NCBI RefSeq assembly: GCF_006345805.1
Contig: NC_043000.1
Location: 152,954,001 to 153,018,000 of the forward strand
Source: Octopus sinensis
Lineage: Eukaryota
DNA length: 64,000 bases
Direction of reading: 5' to 3'
Shown: in pieces, positions 1 through 12,894 of the stretch
Numbering within the stretch: the stretch's first letter is position 1
How the letters are laid out: every line of letters starts with the position of its first letter
Made by a program: the position numbers and the translations under genes
Notes under the pieces: model-generated
Told to the model about the DNA's origin: nothing
Databases searched by the model: none
What the model saw: only the letters and a program-made list of their open reading frames with translations

Positions 1-559
1 TTTAGAAGCTGATTCTATTTTAATGAATTCCACCATATTTAATAATGTCTCCATCTGCACATGGTTCTTCTTAATGATACTGTATGCAATATAAGAATGA
101 TACTGCACACAATATAATGCTTTGTGGTATCTAGTTACGTCCTTTTATGTTCTGAGCTCAAGTTCTGTTAGAATTGGCTTTGTTTAGTATCTTTTCTAAA
201 TTGATTCCTAAAGTAATCAACCAAATAATGGATGTTGATTTACTTGACTGTTGTTTTCCTTCAGATTTTAACTTTATATTGAAATAGTCATAACTGAGAA
301 GCTATACCTTCTCATATTTTTCTGTCCTCTGCATGTGTCTCTTCCCAAACTTCTCTGTTGAACTTGTACCAAATTAGATTTGTCTGCAAAAGACCCCTAG
401 GTGTTTTCTGGATACTTCCATATACAGCTATAAATAATAGTGACTTTCAGAGTTACCATGGTCATTTGAATGGTTTTTGAATGACCACAGCCAGTTCAGA
501 AATTGCCAATTAAACGAAGTAATTAATAGGCATTTAATGATAATAATAAAACATTGTGT

Positions 560-918
560 ACAGTGCTCAGGTGCACTACAACTCATCTAAAGTGTATGTA
601 TAATCAGGTGTAGTTTCGGTGGATTTCGGAAAGCATGAGGACCTTAAAGGATGCAGTGTCATGGCAGTCAACAACTGACGCAGGCAGTTTGTTCCATGCT
701 TCAGCAACTCTGAGCGTGAAAAAATGTTTCCGAAAGTCATGGGAGCTGTGTTGTTTTCTGACATTGTAGGCATGTCCACGTGTGTTGGACACATGGAGAT
801 CATAAAGGTGTTCAGTGTTGTTGTTGGTGAGGTGGTTGATAACTTTGTGGGTGTTTACCAAGTCCATCGCCAGATGCCGGAGCTGCTTATGTACATACAT
901 CACAGCTAATGTTAGCAT
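560..918 (-). mobile_element. CR1/L2-group LINE 3' fragment
   Basis: ORF 604-918 has the C-terminal signature TRGHAY...FRKHFFTLRVAEAWNKLP. Confidence 0.8.
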
Positions 919-1129
919 CTTGTTTTCATATTTAGTCTTAAAACACCCTTTTAATGGTTTACATTGATTAAGAGGTTAGGGAATAAGCTGAGGAAGAAAT
1001 TTCAATGCCCTGATTGGATAGACAGAGAGCAAACATTGAGAAGCTCTTTCGTCAATAACTGCTCAGGACATTTTCATTTCTTCTTCAAATACTGCTATAG
1101 TCTTTGGTTCAAAATATTCTATTTACAGC

Positions 1130-1660
1130 ATTATTAAGAATGTGTCGCCTTACTGGTGCCTGTGCCGGTGGCATGTGTAAAAAGATTTGAGCGAGGTCAT
1201 TGCCAGTACCTATTTCTACCCACAAGGAGCTAAACACAGAGAGGACAAACAAGGACAGACAAACGGATTAAGTCAATTATATCGACCCCAGCGCATAACT
1301 GGTACTTATTTAATCGACCCTGAAAGGATGAAAGGCAAAGTCGATCTCGGCGGAATTTGAACTCAGAACGTAACTGCAGACGAAATACCACTAAGCATTT
1401 TGCCCGGTGTGCTAACGTTTCTGCCAGCTCGCTGCCTTGCCAGTCATTGCCAGTACCGCTTGACTGGCCCCCATGCCAGTGGCATGTGAAAGCACCCACT
1501 ACACTCCCAGAGTGGTTGGCGTTAGGAAGGGCATCCAGCTGTAGAAACTCTGCCAGATCAAGATTGGAGCCTGGTGCAGCCATCTGGTTCGCCAGCCCTC
1601 AGTCAAATCGTCCAACCCATGCTAGCATGGAAAGCGGACGTTAAACGATGATGATGATTG
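1130..1660 (+). mobile_element. RTE LINE 3' end with a nested SINE
   Basis: ggaagggcatccagctgtagaaac terminal motif and (GAT)n tail; interrupted at 1211-1442. Confidence 0.8.
1211..1442 (-). mobile_element. SINE family D nested in an RTE 3' UTR
   Basis: 15-bp TSD gtcattgccagtacc at 1196-1210 and 1443-1457; nearly identical to the copy at 58939-59171. Confidence 0.85.
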
Positions 1661-2395
1661 TCAGTTCTTCAACCAAGCCACATTGTCATCACCACTATCG
1701 TTGTTGTCATCATTATCATTGTTGTTGTCGTCGTATCGACTGTCCTAGTATTAGTTGGGTGAGGCTTTCTGAGGTAGTATTCTATGGCTGTGTGCCCTCC
1801 TTGACTGAAAGCCTTATTTGTTTTTCAGTTAAGCTATTCTACTGCTCATTGGATGTTTCACTCATGAGCTGCAGGACATATGTGGGAGGTAGACAAAACT
1901 TCTCACTGCCTAAATCATGTCAATGTGAAGAAACACAGAGATACACTCACATTTATGATGAGCTTCTATACACTTTGAGCTTATCTTGTGTAAGACATCA
2001 GCTAAGTTGTAGCAGGAGGCACATGCTCAGAATGTAACTATGTGATGGCATCCAAAACCACGTAGTTGCTAAACTTCTTAACCACAGAGCTATGTCTATG
2101 TTTTTTTGAATAACAAAGTTAAGAGTGATTATACTTTTGACCATTGGGAAATTATATTATTTACTGTGTGTATGTGTGTGTGTGCATGCGTTCGTGCTTA
2201 CGTGTGTGTTTTCATTATACAGCCCACTCTGGTTTTGTTACTCTCTCTTTCTTTTACATGTATACTCTGTTCTCTGTGTATGTGCATATGTCCTAGAAGA
2301 CACTTCATTGAGAACATGGTGTAAGGGGGTAGGGCTGGAGGAATAAAACTACTCAGGCATAACAGTTGGTGATGCAAAACAGCAAGGATATAGAG

Positions 2396-2614
2396 CAGTG
2401 GTTTTCAACCAGTGTTCCGCGGAACCTTAGGGTTCCGCCAGTACAGTCCAGGGGTTCCGCAAGAAGTTACAAAACTGCTAAAATTGGCAGTGGTTTTTAA
2501 TTCTCCCGTGCAGATATGTGTGCATAAGACTATTAAATTATTGCACACGGGTTCCTCGAGCCAGTGGAATATTTCCTTGGGGTTCCGTTCTAGCAAAACA
2601 TTTGAAAAGCACTG
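2396..2614. mobile_element. hAT-type MITE
   Basis: TIRs CAGTGGTTTTCAA / TTGAAAAGCACTG; perfect 8-bp TSD atatagag. Confidence 0.9.
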
Positions 2615-3391
2615 ATATAGAGACATGAAAAACTCAGGAATGTCTCTTCCAGAATTTGTTTGGTTGGGTATGATGGGTTAATAAATTCATCATGGGAGCT
2701 GGAACAGTGCCCATTGCCTGTACAGGCCTTTTCAGTATCAGTCAGTTCAGTTAATTTCTTCTCTCCTTCTGGAACATAAATAAACCATCAATGACTTTTC
2801 TCCTCTGTTCTTGACTTTGGGTTGTCTTTCCTGTTTCTCTCCAATTGGATCCCTGCTTTTTTGACTCTGCTTCACTATCCTGACGAAGGTTCTCTAAAGA
2901 AAAGGCTTTCTTCCCCCCAGGACTTGTTGACTTTGAATTGTCATCAATACTTCGGTAACTTTGCTTTTTTCTAGGTCTAGATAGGGTTGTTGGCCCTGTA
3001 CAAACCTATTTTTACCATTGAGAAGAGGTGATCCATATTAGTCAGGCCTCTGCTCATTGACCTGTCCAACATGGGAAGCCCTACTGGTAGCTTGCCCACC
3101 TCTGGCATAGCTCTCAGAGCCATTCAGGTATTCAGGTACAGAAACTGCTACACCATAAGAACTAGGCCTTGTGATGACCATATCAGAATGGTGAGATTGA
3201 TATGGTCAATGACCAAAATGAACATCTGATGTTAAAAATAGATAACTTGAACATTGAGGGAATCAGGTGTCTGTTCTGAATATTTGCAACAGATTGGACT
3301 CTGCTTTTAAAGGATCCCATTGTTGTGCAGGTGCTGTTAAACCCCTCACCTACACATCCGAATGAAACATGCTATTGATCAGTGTCTAAAA

Positions 3392-3776
3392 TCTTTATAT
3401 ATAAAAGTGAGGTTCTGTGCTGTCTGTCTCCTACGATTTAGATTCCTAACTACTTCCACATTTTGCGGTGCAGTTTAACCAAAACCAGGTATCTTATAGT
3501 CGTGATTCATATCGAGCCCTTCTGGGTATTAGCGCGCGTCTACGATTTAAAAAAAAATTTACCATCAATTTTTCCCATTTTTAATGCATTTTTGGCATAT
3601 ATAAGGGAAGTAACTCTCTAAAAATTTATTAAATCTCAGAACGTAAAAAGCTACAGTAACACCCCCCCTCCTTGGTGGTTAGCCATATTGAGATGGCTAT
3701 TATACTTTACATCTCTAAAAATGCTTATATAGTTATTTCCCTTACAAAGCCGAGCAACGCCGGGCAATACTGCTAG
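3392..3776 (+). mobile_element. Non-autonomous Helitron (subfamily 1)
   Basis: 5' TC, 3' GC-rich hairpin followed by CTAG, inserted between A and T with no TSD. Confidence 0.88.
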
Positions 3777-4271
3777 TTTGATATAAATTTATTTTGCCAA
3801 CTAAATTGTTGTCTAATGCTGTTGTTGATGTTGTCATACGTTGTTGTTATTGATGTAGTTGTTACAAGTAAATTACGAAGACAAAATATTAAATTGTAAC
3901 AACAAACGAATCCTGAAATAATAAACAAACATGAAGGTGATGACATAGGGAATCTTATTTAAGGATTAATATTATAATGCCAACTGCACCTCCACCTTCT
4001 TCTACATCCACCCCGACAGTTGTAAAAACAGCCATGAACAATAACAACAAGAACAACAGCAGCAAAAGTAAAAACATCAGTGACGATTATAAATTACAAC
4101 AGTAACAGGATCAACAGTAAAATGAATTGGAGGAGAATAACAGCTGGCTGGTGATTAATTTGTTTCAGGAACTGGAGGAGAAAATGTTAGGCATGTTGTA
4201 AATTTTACTTCAAGGTTTGACAAAGCTATAGATTTCTTGGTATTACCAAGCCTCAGGATATATACGTATTC

Positions 4272-4653
4272 GGAAGTGCAATGGCCCAGTGGTTAGGGCA
4301 GCGGACTCGCGGTCGTAGGATCGCGGTTTCGATTCCCAGACCGGGCGTTGTGAGTGTTTATTGAGCGAAAACACCTAAAAGCTCCACGAGGCTCCGGCAG
4401 GAGGTGGTGGTGATCCCTGCTGTACTCTTTCACCACAACTTTCTCTCACTCTTACTTCCTGTTTCTGTTGTACCTGTATTTCAAAGGGCCGGCCTTGTCA
4501 CTCTCTGTGTCACGCTGAATATCCCCGAGAACTACGTTAAGGGTGCACGTGTCTGTGGAGTGCTCAGCCACTTACACGTTAATTTCACGAGCAGGCTGTT
4601 CCGTTGATCGGATCAACCGGAACCCTCGTCGTCGTAACCGACGGAGTGCTTCC
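4272..4653 (+). mobile_element. tRNA-derived SINE family B, body type 1
   Basis: A-box TGGCCCAGTGG and B-box GTTTCGATTCC; near-identical copies at 38855, 53197 and 57419. Confidence 0.85.
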
Positions 4654-5011
4654 CCCCATACATATTCACATATTCACATGTTTTATATACATATAAAGAA
4701 GTTGTATATGTATATATTTGGCTGTGTATACGATTGCACACTTACTTACACATACATATTTCTCTAACTGAACCCAGATATATGCGTGCGCACACACACA
4801 CACACACACACACACGTGTATTGATCATTTTGTCCCTTAAATTTAGGTCATAAGAAATATGAGGGATGTGGTCTTTTGCAGTTCATCAAAGTTCATTCAT
4901 ATCTTGGAAAAAGAAAACAAAAGCATGTGCACGCATAAACACTCATAGTATACATGCATTTGTATATAAAATATATGAGTGTGTCTGTGTGTACACACAC
5001 ACTTACACACA

Positions 5012-5403
5012 TAGGCGCAGGAGTGGCTGTGTGGTAAGTAGCTTGCTAACCAACCACATGGTTCCGGGTTCAGTCCCACTGCATGGCACCTTGAGCAAGT
5101 GTCTTCTGCTATAGCCCTGGGCCGACCAATGCCTTGTGAGTGGATTTGGTAGACGGAAACTGAAAGAAGCCTGTCGTATATATGTATATATATATATATA
5201 TGTGTATGTGTGTTTGTGTGTGTCTGTGTTTGTCCCCCTAGCATTGCTTGACAACCGATGCTGGTGTGTTTACGTCCCCATCACTTAGCGGTTCGGCAAA
5301 AGAGACCGATAGAATAAGTCCCGGGGTCAATTTGCTCGACTAAAGGCGGTGCTCCAGCATGGCCGCAGTTAAATGACTGAAACAAATAAAAGAGTAAAAG
5401 AGT
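5012..5403 (+). mobile_element. tRNA-derived SINE family A
   Basis: AGGCGCAGGAGTGGCTGTGTGGTAAG head, internal (TA)n(TG)n and (AAGAGTA)n tail; about 14 copies in the window. Confidence 0.88.
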
Positions 5404-6007
5404 ATACACACACACACACCCACATATATATATATATGTGTATATGCTCACACACACATGTATATATATTAGAGTGGCCCATAGCAAAAGGTAATTTCCT
5501 GAAAGTTAAAATGTTGCTGCTCCTATCCCTTAATTCTGTTCCAATAGACAACATAATAGGGTGTGCAAAATCTCAGCTTAATCAGACAACTGCTTGATGA
5601 CCCCCTCAAACGCCTCTAAGTTGGAACATAGTATACGCAACTATTAATTCTGTTCAAAAGCGATATACTGTTCCCTTTCTCGACCATTTTCTTATTTCTT
5701 CTTAGAGAAATTTATGTGGGCACATCCAGGCAACCCCAACAGATGTTTAAAAATGTTCTGAATCAAATTTACTAAAATAGTTAATTTGAAAAATTCCTGG
5801 AATAAGATGAAAAACTTAAGAAATGTTAGGTTTTCTTAATAAAGCACACAACTTCTATAAGAGAAATGCATTTTTATTTACAGCAATCATTTCTATAGAA
5901 TCAAAAGCATAATGTGAACTCTGGACACTGAATATTGAACATTATTTTCGCATAAGAGAAGATTTAGTATCAGTTGTGTATGTTTTACAGTTTTTGGTAA
6001 CGATCTC

Positions 6008-6270
6008 ATCATCATCATCGTTTAACGTCCGTTTTCCGCGCTAGCACGGGTTGGACGGCTCGACCGGGATCTGGGAAGCCAGGGGCTGCACCAGGCCCAG
6101 TCTGATCTGGCAGAGTTTCTACAGCTGGATGCCCTTCCTAACGCCAACCACTCCGTGAGTGTAGTCAGTGCTTTTTACGTGCCACCACCACCGATCGTAG
6201 CCATTGCCAGGCGAGGCTGGCAATGGCTACGATCGGTTGGTGCTTTTTACGTGCCACCAGCCACACACAA
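6008..6270 (-). mobile_element. RTE LINE 3' end
   Basis: (CAT)n tail followed by the reverse-complemented RTE terminal motif. Confidence 0.8.
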
Positions 6271-6539
6271 TAAATACATAACAGGTTTCTTTCAGTTTCT
6301 GTCTACCAAATCTGCTTGTAAGGCTTTAATTAGCCCGGGACTGTAGCGGAAGACACTTGCCCAAGGTGCCACACAGTCAGACTAAAGCAAACTTCTTATG
6401 ACATAGCCACCTCTGTGCCTAGCAAGCAGGTCTTCGCAAGCAAGACCCACCATACAGCTGAAGGAGTTTTCAGTCAAACTGTCCAACCCATGCCAACATG
6501 GAAAACGGACATTAAATGATGAGGAGGATGAGACACTTA

Positions 6540-8040
6540 ACCTCTCAAAAGGAACCACCAGATCGCTGAACAGTAAATACTGAAGAAATAGAAGCTAAAA
6601 AATTTTATGAATCTTTAAAGGATGCAAAGGCATACAATGAAAGACAGCACACAACTATATTACCTACTGTAAAACAAATTGTTTCTCAGTTTCTTCTTTT
6701 GTAAGAATGTTATTGTAATCCTGAATGAGTTTGACCCCTCTTTCTGCAACATCATTCACAACTGTCTTCTCAAGTTTTTCAAGTCCACTTTTGTCACTAG
6801 GCTCATCCTTCCATGTTGAACGGTCTTTGTGGAGGAAATCAATGCTGATAGAAAAACGTCATGAAGAAAGTTTTTGTACCAGTCATTACAAAAGACGAAA
6901 AGTTGATGTTTGTAAAGGAAGGAAAGTCATTTTGGTGCCGAATGTACCTCTCCAGTTGATATTTTTCTTATTCCTCTTCTTCATCTGTGTCTACTTCCAG
7001 TATAACTTGAGCAATATTTGCCTTCACTTCCATTGGAACATTGTCATCAAATATGGATAAAGCCACAATTTCAGGAGCTAAGTACCAGAGATGGTTGGAA
7101 AATTTTTTTGTACCAACCTTACTGATTACTGGATCAATATCCTGATAATTTATCAATTGACACATGAATAGGAAATCCCGATAAGGTGCTTTAATTGCTT
7201 CTGATGACAGAAACCAGGCTCAAACATACACTTGAGCAAGAAAAATACATATTTTTCTGAAAGAGTTCTTCTCCTTAGGAGATAACTGAAATTGATCTTG
7301 AAACAGTTATATCTTGCATGTGTAAATTGCTTTTGACATCTACCTGGCATGACTTACAGTTCCTGGTGTATGAAATGATATCCCACTCTTCAGAATGCCA
7401 CCAAGAAAGATCATCGTTAACTCCAACAGTTCTCAGTAATCATTTCATTGCTGCTTCTGCATAGAAAGGTGGTATTCAAGAAATTCAAGAATGGTAGAGT
7501 GGGCATCATCAGACACTTCATTGCTACCAGTTATGTAAACCTTCTTGTTGAGTTTTGTTTGGGTTTCTGTATATCTTTTGAAAAACACTATGTCTGGACC
7601 AGAAATGGCATGCATCAGTGAGTCAAAACAGCTCCTAAAAACTAACTAAAAAATGTGATGATAGCAAGATCATGATTGAACAACAGATCATGGTTGAACA
7701 ATTTTTCTAGATTTGTACAGGCACCATTTACTTGATCTGTGTTCCTTGCTATTGTATCACAACAAAGTGCCTGAATTTGATCAGTTACACCCCACTTCTC
7801 CACTGCTTGGTAAACCGCCATGGTTTGCTGTTGTCCTGAAGATGTTGGAATTTCAGGGACTCCCAACAATTGCTCCTTGCCTTGAAAAGTTATTATTGCC
7901 AGTCTCTCAACCTTTTCAATGCCTGTGAGCGCTGGGAGGAGCTTTCCATCCCAGTGCAACACTAATTCTTGACAGTTGTTTAGGTTAAATTTGTGCTGTA
8001 TGTCTGTGTATCTCACTTCTCTAAATTTTGTTCTAAGGTG
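6540..8040 (-). mobile_element. Decayed DNA transposon transposase, hAT-like (HWDGK type)
   Basis: Broken ORFs LVLHWDGKLL...ERLA...EQLLGVP...QALCCDT...GACTNLEKL (7642-8016) and NHLWYLAPEIVALSIFDD (6968-7165); no TIRs identified. Confidence 0.7.
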
Positions 8041-8113
8041 TATATTTTATGTGTGAACACTTTCATAACTCAACTGTTCTGGACTAATCTGCATAGAGGA
8101 TTTATATACATAA

Positions 8114-8414
8114 CTAGCAGTATCGCCCGGCGTTGCTCGAGTTTGTAAGGGAAATAACTATATAAGCATTTTTAGAGAGCTACTTCCCTTATATAATCTG
8201 AGCAAAAATCATTAAAAATGCGGAAAAATGATGGTAATTTTTTAAAAAAATCGCAGACTCATCGTAGATGCGCGCTAATACCCAGAAGGGCTCGATATGA
8301 ATGACGACTATAAGATACCCGCTTTTGGTTAAACTGCACCGCAAAATGTGGGAGTAGTTAGGAATCGAAAGAGACAGAGTCTCACACACACAACTTCAAT
8401 TTTATATATAAAGA
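8114..8414 (-). mobile_element. Non-autonomous Helitron (short form)
   Basis: Same TC and hairpin-CTAG termini, A|T target. Confidence 0.85.
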
Positions 8415-8449
8415 TGTCTCTATACTCTATTACTGGTTCCAAACGGTTG

Positions 8450-9640
8450 TGTAGCCATGCTGGATCACCACCTTTGATGCTACTCCATCCTCTTTTGTTC
8501 TACAGTCAGTGAATGAGGGAATTTGAATTTGCAGACATCATCTATGTCTCTTGTTGCAATGATGATTCATCAGAATCTTATGCAGTAGAATGTCTAAGTG
8601 TTGTCTGAATTTGTTGGCATCTACTCCCTGCAGATCCTCTATGTTTTATGAAGTGAGAGATGGAATTGCAGAGCTGTGGTCTTTTGAAACTCTATAGCTA
8701 TTACAGTATCTAGTCCTAATCCAATATGTAGTGTGAAGAACTTTTACCACTGTTCAATGGTACACAGTCTAGCAATTTGCATAGTTGGTATTATTTCCGT
8801 GTAAGATTATTCAGATATAAATTACAGCTAATTTTCCCTTCTTTAAGGCAGGAAATAAATTCTTAATACTTTCAACCCCTCTGAAGTGCAGCTGCTTTCA
8901 AATCATTTCATTATTTCTACTCCAGCAGTAAGGGTGATATTGTGAAGTGCCATAGCTGGGAACAATAACCCATATGACTGAGAATAATTATATTCTAGAA
9001 GACCAAATTGGCTTCTTGTTCTGTTGTTCTAAATTATCTCTGAATCTATTCTGCTAATTCTTTGAAAATTGTTATCTTATTAATATATCCAAAAAAACAA
9101 AACGATATGTTATTACTTATAAGTTGCAGATGTCACATAAATCTGAGTGCCATTGGAATCCTCTTTGTTTATCAAGTCTACAAAGTATTAGAGGATTGAT
9201 AATGAAGTATTTGTAATTTTTCTGCATTGAATTTCATGTTGTTTCCATCAGCCCACTTGTAAATGAACGCAAAGTTTTCCTGTAGGTTGTTGACATCATC
9301 AGGGCTTGTGATTGCCTTTGCTATTTTGGCGTTATCAAAATAGTTAAAGAGCTTTGCTGTTCTGATAATTGGGGATATATCTGAGAAAAATTTTGCAAAC
9401 AGTTTTATTCTCCAAAATGTTCCCCGAGGCAGTCTATTCAGAATTTTTTAGTGTTCCAAAAGCTTACCATTGGCTGCAACAACTTGACTTTTAATCCTTA
9501 AAATGTTAGAAAACACTACTACTAGTTTTCCAATTATACTGAGATCACATTGATAGTAACATACCTGATGATCTATTTTGCAATGCTCAGGCATATCACG
9601 TTTATGTTTGATTAGTTGAGCAGCAGCTTCAGTCATGATC
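8450..9640 (-). mobile_element. Decayed CR1/L2-group reverse transcriptase
   Basis: Minus-strand translation gives KIDH...IIGKL...SQVVAANG...LPRGT...AKLFNYFDNAKI...LQENF...WADGNNMKFNAEK and later YCSQLW, which are RT motifs in the expected order. Confidence 0.7.
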
Positions 9641-9750
9641 TACAGAAGCACCGAGAAATTTAGCATATCATTTTCCTCCTTAGAACATAATCATTTTCTC
9701 TCTGACAATTATTTTGTTGATAGACATGTAATGATCAGTAGCTGCTATGC

Positions 9751-9786
<36 letters not shown>

Positions 9787-10527
9787 GGATAAGACATATC
9801 ATGATCTCTTTTAGCTTTTTGTATCTTGAATTTTAGGTTATGGGCAAAAGAAGTGTTATGGATTGCTTTGTGATGTTTCACAAATTAGGAAAACTGAATC
9901 TCTCCCACCTCTCTCTGATGCACTCAAATACACTTCGTGTGTTGTGTGTACGTATGTGTGTGTGTGTGTGTGTGTGTGTATCCCACACTCAAGTAATAAT
10001 ATGTTAGCGTTTGCTTATTGAAGTAACAGCGATGTTTATCTCATCATGCATCTAATGTTCTGTTCTGTCTCGTTTCCAACCAATTACTGATATTTAAAAA
10101 AACTTAAAACGTTAATATTGGTCTTCATACATTCTCTATACTCTTGCCTGCCTTGTCTTCTTTAAGTAACTGAAAGGAAAAAAAAAAGACCCCTAGAAAA
10201 AAAAAAAAAAGGCAAACACCATTCTCAATACAAAATAATGATATCATAGTGTGATGTTGTTGTTAGATGATATAGTATTTATTTTTGTATGCATGCTAAA
10301 TGTTGTATTTTGGTTGTTTTTTTGTTGTTGTTGATGTGTTAAAACAACAGCTAGACAATAGAAATGAATATCTCAAGTGATGAAACATTAGTCTACTGTG
10401 CCACCTTGTATGAAAGGGTATGGGAAAATAATAGCTCATGTCTCACCACAATTGCTCATGCTTACAAGGCTTGTCTTTTTTGTTTTTTTTATTCTTGGGT
10501 GGCAAAATGGCAAAAACCTGGTCAATG

Positions 10528-10692
10528 TAGGCGCAGGAGTGGCTGTGTGGTAAGTAGCTTGCTAATCAACCACATGGTTCCGGGTTCAGTCCCACTGCGT
10601 GACATCTTGGGAAAGTGTCTTCTGCTATAGCCCCGGGCCGACCAAAGCCTTGTGAGTGGATTTGGTAGATGGAAACTGAAAGAAGACTGCCG

Positions 10693-10759
<67 letters not shown>

Positions 10760-10985
10760 ATGTGTTTGTGTGTTTGTGTTTGTCCCCCTAGCATTGCTTG
10801 ACAATCGATGGTGGTGTGCTTATGTCCCCGTCACTTAGCGGTTTGGCAAAAGAGACCGATAGAATAAGTACTGGGCTTACAAAGAATAAGTCCCAGGGTC
10901 GATTTTCTTGACTAAAGGCAGTGCTCCAGCATGGCTACAGTCAAATGACTGAAACAAGTAAAAGAGTAAAAGAGAGTAAAGAGTA
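10528..10985 (+). mobile_element. SINE family A
   Basis: Full-length match to the other copies; expanded internal (TA)n. Confidence 0.88.
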
Positions 10986-12171
10986 ATGTAACACTAATGA
11001 AAAGTTCTGTGCAGTATTGATGGATAAAAATGACTGACACTACTCTTTTCTCTAGAGAGTAGGACCTTATGTCAGTATCGTTGACTTTGTTACTAGACTA
11101 CTTCCACTAAGTTGATACTGATCTAATCTGACCAGACCCTACAATAAATAGTCTATTGGTTTGATATCCACTATAGCAAGTGCTTAAGATGCTATCAGAT
11201 CTATGCAACTGGTAGGGCCTGTCAGAATGCGTTTTGAGTATTTGTTATTAATTTACAGTACAAATAGTAGTTATACGCTAAATAAAATTCTAATGAAAAT
11301 AATGTAATTTGCAAAATCATGTCTGTATGATAAAGAAAACAGTCAAGAGTGCAGAAGTTTTCAAAGATGAGAACACAAATGGGTGACTTGTTTTCATTAG
11401 ATCAAGGAGTCAGTCTCAGGTAGATCAGAAAAGAAACTTGCTGGAATATCAGGAAACCGAGTTTATAGTTGATCAGGAAATATGAGTAAAAGTCCTTAAT
11501 TCTATACCCCAAACCAATCTTGATATACGTAACAGATCATTTTGCATATGCTGATATTACTTCAAGATGATTAATTCTGTATTAGAATATATTTCTTGGC
11601 TCACGACTTGGTTACAATTCAAGCATCCACCTACATCCTCATATATACATAAACATACACATACACATCTCATTTTAGAGTCATCCATTATAATTTATTA
11701 TTTACATTTATCTTTCCTTTTTTTACATGCTCTAGTTGTTTTACCCTCTATTAAAACTGTTAATCATCCCAGCATTTCAGTAGGCCATCTGTTTTATCAT
11801 CTTACTACATCATCATAAAGCCACTCTTTATGTACAGTCTGCCTTCTCCTCCACTCATACTTTATCTTTTGATTTTGTTACAGTTATGTGTTAATCAGAC
11901 ACCACCTCCTCAGAATTACCGTCTCTATCATGACTCATCGCAAGGACCAAACCAGGATGACCATATTGAAATTCCTCCTATGTATTATGGTGGACTGCAC
12001 TATGAAAGTATGCAATCTTGTTTCGGTCTAATATTATTACTATCATTGTTGCTCAGTGCTGTTAGTATTCAGTGATGTTATGCAATATCGTTGTTTAGTA
12101 TTGTTGTTATTGTATGTTAGTATTGAACAGTATTTTTGTTATTGTTCAGTATTGTTGTTGTTGTACAGTCA

Positions 12172-12238
12172 TGTTGCTCAGTATTGCTATTGTTGCTCAG
12201 TATTGCTATTGTTGCTCAGTATTGCTATTGTTGCTCAA
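12172..12238. repeat. 19-bp minisatellite (tgttgctcagtattgctat) x3.5
   Basis: Exact tandem units within a wider TTG-rich low-complexity region. Confidence 0.8.
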
Positions 12239-12417
12239 TGTTGTTTATCATTGTTGTTATTCAGTATCGATGTTATTGCTGCGTGTTTGTATTGAACAAT
12301 ATTCTCGTTATCTTAACAATAGTATTGTTCAGTATTGTTGTTGTTATTCAATGTTGTTATGCAAAAGTCACTGTTCAGTTTTGTCAATATTGTTTAGTAC
12401 CATTGTTTATAAACAAA

Positions 12418-12800
12418 CTAGCAGTATCGCCCGGTGTTGCTCGGGTTTGTATATAAGCATTTTTAGAGATGTAAAGTATAATGGTCAACTCAATATGGCT
12501 AACCACAAAGGGGGGGTGGTTACTGTAGCTTTTTACGTTCTGAGATTTAATAATAAATTTTTAGAGAGTTATTTCCCTTATATATGCCAAAAATGCATTA
12601 AAAATGGGAAAAATTGATGGTAAATTTTTTTTAAATCGTAGACTCATCGTAGACGCGCGCTAATACCCAGAAGGGCTCGATATGAATCACAACTATAGGA
12701 TACCCAATTTTGGTTAAACTGCACCGCAAAATGTGGGAGTAGTTAGGAATCTAAATCGTAGGAGACAGACAGCACACAACCTCACTTTTATATATAAAGA
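12418..12800 (-). mobile_element. Non-autonomous Helitron (subfamily 1)
   Basis: Helitron termini; shares an internal segment with 3392-3776; inserted in a TTG/ATT low-complexity tract. Confidence 0.88.
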
Positions 12801-12894
12801 TATTGTTTTGGCTGTTGAGTGTTGTCCAGTGTTGTTGTTGTTCAATATTGATTGTGTTCAGAGTCACTGTTGTTCATTATGATCATCATACAAC

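Noticed and set aside
4272-4345. tRNA genes at SINE heads
   Set aside because: A and B boxes are present but there is no complete cloverleaf, and the heads continue into SINE bodies.
4404-4607. Recurrent 67-aa ORF MVVIPAVLFHHNF... (also at 38990, 53315, 57465)
   Set aside because: It is an incidental frame within SINE family B.
4897-5254. Recurrent ORFs such as MLGGQTQTH... and MSSNARGTNT...
   Set aside because: These are antisense frames of SINE family A and its microsatellite.
9565-9639. Apparent minus-strand exon IMTEAAAQLIKHKRDMPEHCKIDHQ with good AG and GTATGT sites
   Set aside because: The frame continues into IIGKL...SQVVAANG...LPRGT, so it is the KIDH region of a decayed CR1/L2 reverse transcriptase.
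12114-12617. Cys/Leu/Val-rich 167-aa ORF
   Set aside because: It is low-complexity TTG/ATT repeat running into a Helitron.
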